Below are positions 60,571 through 64,000 of a DNA stretch of 64,000 bases, piece by piece; the first letter of the stretch is position 1, and the number at the start of each line of letters is the position of its first letter. The stretch lies in the NCBI RefSeq assembly GCF_009914755.1, contig NC_060935.1; one strand, 5' to 3'. The notes beneath the pieces are model-generated. The model had not been told where the DNA came from, did no database searches, and worked only from the letters and a program-made list of their open reading frames with translations. The position numbers and the translations under genes were made by a program. This DNA comes from the human T2T-CHM13v2.0 reference genome, Homo sapiens.

Positions 60571-60772
60571 AATGGATAATGCTCTTAAGACCTAACTAGA
60601 TTACAGTAAAACTGACCGTAGTACATTTTCTTTTTAATACGTTTTGTAATAGGACAACATTGAAATCTCTGCAAATGAATGATGCTAAAATCCTTTAAAA
60701 TAGTATGTAAGATTGAAGGCATATTTTCAGTAATGCTACTTAACAAAATAGGAGGATTTATATAATAAATAT

Positions 60773-61453
<681 letters not shown>

Positions 61454-61884
61454 TCAAGGCTTTTGCACTTTACTTGCTGAACACTGAGAATGGAGGCTCT
61501 CCAAAGATAGCCACACTCTGTGGATCATTTAACCTCAGGGAATTGAATGATTCATGAAATACTAAAATTAATATCAAAACAAAATATGTCCATATATTCT
61601 GAAAATATTTTTAGCCCTCATTGACAGAAAAAGAAAATAAAAAACCTAGACTGCTCAAAGAAACTTTTTAATGATGATTTTGATAAATATTTTTTAAAGT
61701 TTTGTACTAACATTTGTTGAGTTTTGAAGACATAAATATATTTTTTAAACTGAAGGCAGATAGCAGATCATATGATCCTGGAAATGTAAGATGTAACTGT
61801 GTGGGAAATAGTCTTAAGAGTGCTCTTCCTGTGAATGAAAAAGCTAACTTCAAGGTGAACATAAGAAGAAGTCAAGTTTTCTCA

Positions 61885-64000
61885 TTTTTTAAAATTATAC
61901 TTAAAGTTCTGGGTTACATGTGCAGAATGTGTAGGTTTGTTACATAGGTATACACGTGCCATGGTGGTTTGCTGCACTCATCAACCCATCACCTACATTA
62001 GGTATTTCTCCTAATGCTATCCCTCCCCTAGCCTGCTACCCCTTGACAGGCCCCAGTGCATAATATTCCTCTCCCTGTGTCCATGTATTCTCATTGTTCA
62101 ACTCCCAATATCAGTGAGAACATGCAGAGTTTGGTTTTCTGTTCCTGTGTTAGTTTGCTGAGAATGATGGTTTCCAGCTTCATCCATGTGCCTGCAAAAG
62201 ACATGAACTCATCTTTTTTATGGCTGCAAAGTATTCCATTTTGTATATGTGCCACATTTTCTTTATTCAGTCTATCACTGATGGACATTTGGGTTGGTTC
62301 CAAGTCTTTGCTATTGTGAACAGTGCTGCAATAAACATATGTGTGCATGTGTCTTTATAGTAGAATGATTTATGATCCTTTGGGTATATACCCAGTAATG
62401 GGATTGCTCGGTCAAATGTTATTTCTGGTTCTAGATCCTTCAGGAACTGCCACACTGTCTTCCACAATGGTTGAACTAATTTACAATCCTATCAACAGTG
62501 TAAAAGCGTTCCTATTTCTCATCTTCTCCAACATCTGTTTATTCCTGACTTTTGAATGATCACCATTCTAACTGGTGTGAGATGGTATCTCATTGTGGTT
62601 TTGATTTGCATTTCTCTAATGGCCAGAGATGATGAGCTTTTTTTCGTGTTTGTTGGCCACATAAATATCTTCTTTTGATAAGTGTCTGTTCATATCCTTT
62701 GCCCACTTTTGGATGGGGCTGTTTGCTTTTTCTTGTAAATTTGTTTAAGTTCTTTGTAGATTCTGGATATTAGACTTTGTCAGATGGATAGACTGCAAAC
62801 ATTTGCTCCCATTCTGTAGGTTGCCTGTTCACTCATGGTAGTTTCTTTTGCTGTGCAGAAGCTCTTTAGTTTAATTAGATATCATTTGTCAATTTTGGCT
62901 TTTGTTGCAATCGCTTTTGGTGTTTTAGTCATGAATTCTTTGCCCATGCCTATGTCCTGAATGGTATTGACTAGGTTTTCTGCTATGGTTTTTATGCTTT
63001 TAGGTCTTATGTTTAAGCCTTTCATCTATCTTGAGTTAATTTTTGTATAAGGTGTAAGGAAGGGGTCCAATTTCATTTCTCTGCATATGGCTAGCCAGTT
63101 TTCCCAACACTATTTATTAAATAAGGAATCCTTCCCATTGCTTGGTTTTGTCAGGTTTGTCAAAGATCAGATGGTTGTAGATGTGTGACATTATTTCTGA
63201 GGCCTCTGTTCTGTTCCACTGGACTATGTATCTGTGTTCATACCAGTACCATCCTGTTTTGGTTACTGTAGCCTTGTAGTATAGTTTGAAGTCAGGTAGC
63301 ATGATGCCTCCAGCTTTGTTCTTTTTACTTAGAATTGTCTTGGCTATATGGGCTCTTTTTGGTTCCATATAAAATTTAAAGTAGCTTTTTCCAATTCTGT
63401 GAAGAAAGTGAATGGCAGCTTCATGAAGATAGCATTGAATCTGTAAATTACTTTGGGCAGTATGGCCATTTTCATGACATTGGTTCTTCCTATCCATGAG
63501 CATGGAATGTTTTTGCATTTGTTTGTGTCCTCTCTTATTTCCTTGAGCAGTGGTTTGTAGTTCTCCTTGAAGAAGTCCTCCACATCCCTTGTAAGTTGTA
63601 TTCCTAGGTATTTTATTCTCTTGTAGCAATTGTAAATGGGAGTTCCCTCATGATTTGGTTCTCTGTTTGTCTATTATTGGTGTATAGGAATGCTTGTGAT
63701 TTTTGCGCATTGATTTTGTATCCTGAGAATTTGCTGAAGTTGTTTATCAGCTTAAGGAGATTTGGGGCTGAAACTCCCACATAATAATAGTGGGAGTCTT
63801 TAACACCCCACTGTCAATATTAGACAGATCAACAAGACAGGAAATTAACAAGGATATTCAGGACTTGAACTCAGCCCTGGACCAAGTGTATCTAATAGAC
63901 ATTGACACAACTCTCCACCCCAAATCAATGGAATATACATTCTTCTCAGCACCACATCACACTTATTCTAAAATTGACCACATAATTGGAAGTAAAACAC
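61885..64000 (-). mobile_element. L1PA7-like element: minus-strand 3' part (61885-63771) joined to a plus-strand ORF2 endonuclease segment (63772-64000, runs off the window)
   Basis: Antisense 3' UTR and ORF2 (ORFs 62091-63629), abrupt switch to sense 'actcccacataataatagtggga..tttaacacccc'. Confidence 0.92.

Overview
Primate genomic DNA, almost certainly human (it carries an AluYb8/Yb9). It is AT-rich intergenic or deep-intronic sequence with no recognisable host protein-coding exon; the long ORFs in the track are L1 ORF2 remnants or repeat artefacts. Much of the window is interspersed repeat: a deleted ERV1 provirus with a tRNA-Pro PBS, L1PA/L1PB/L1M elements (two with twin-priming inversions), about 11 Alus, MaLR and ERV1 LTRs, L2/MIR and hAT/mariner fossils. 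The stand-out region is 13.4-18.6 kb. (i) A ~900-bp non-repeat segment (13430-14355) is fused to a ~100-bp L1MA 3' end and A-tail. Its decayed translation aligns collinearly, by eye and against a remembered sequence, with the N-terminal part of bornavirus L polymerase, so it is a candidate endogenous bornavirus-like L (EBLL)/L1 chimera. (ii) About 2 kb downstream, a 1.23-kb insertion into an L2 is almost entirely a mosaic of five pieces templated from neighbouring DNA, three of them inverted copies of the candidate viral segment. This places sense and antisense copies in a fold-back arrangement. The duplication architecture is seen directly in the sequence; the viral identity needs a database search.
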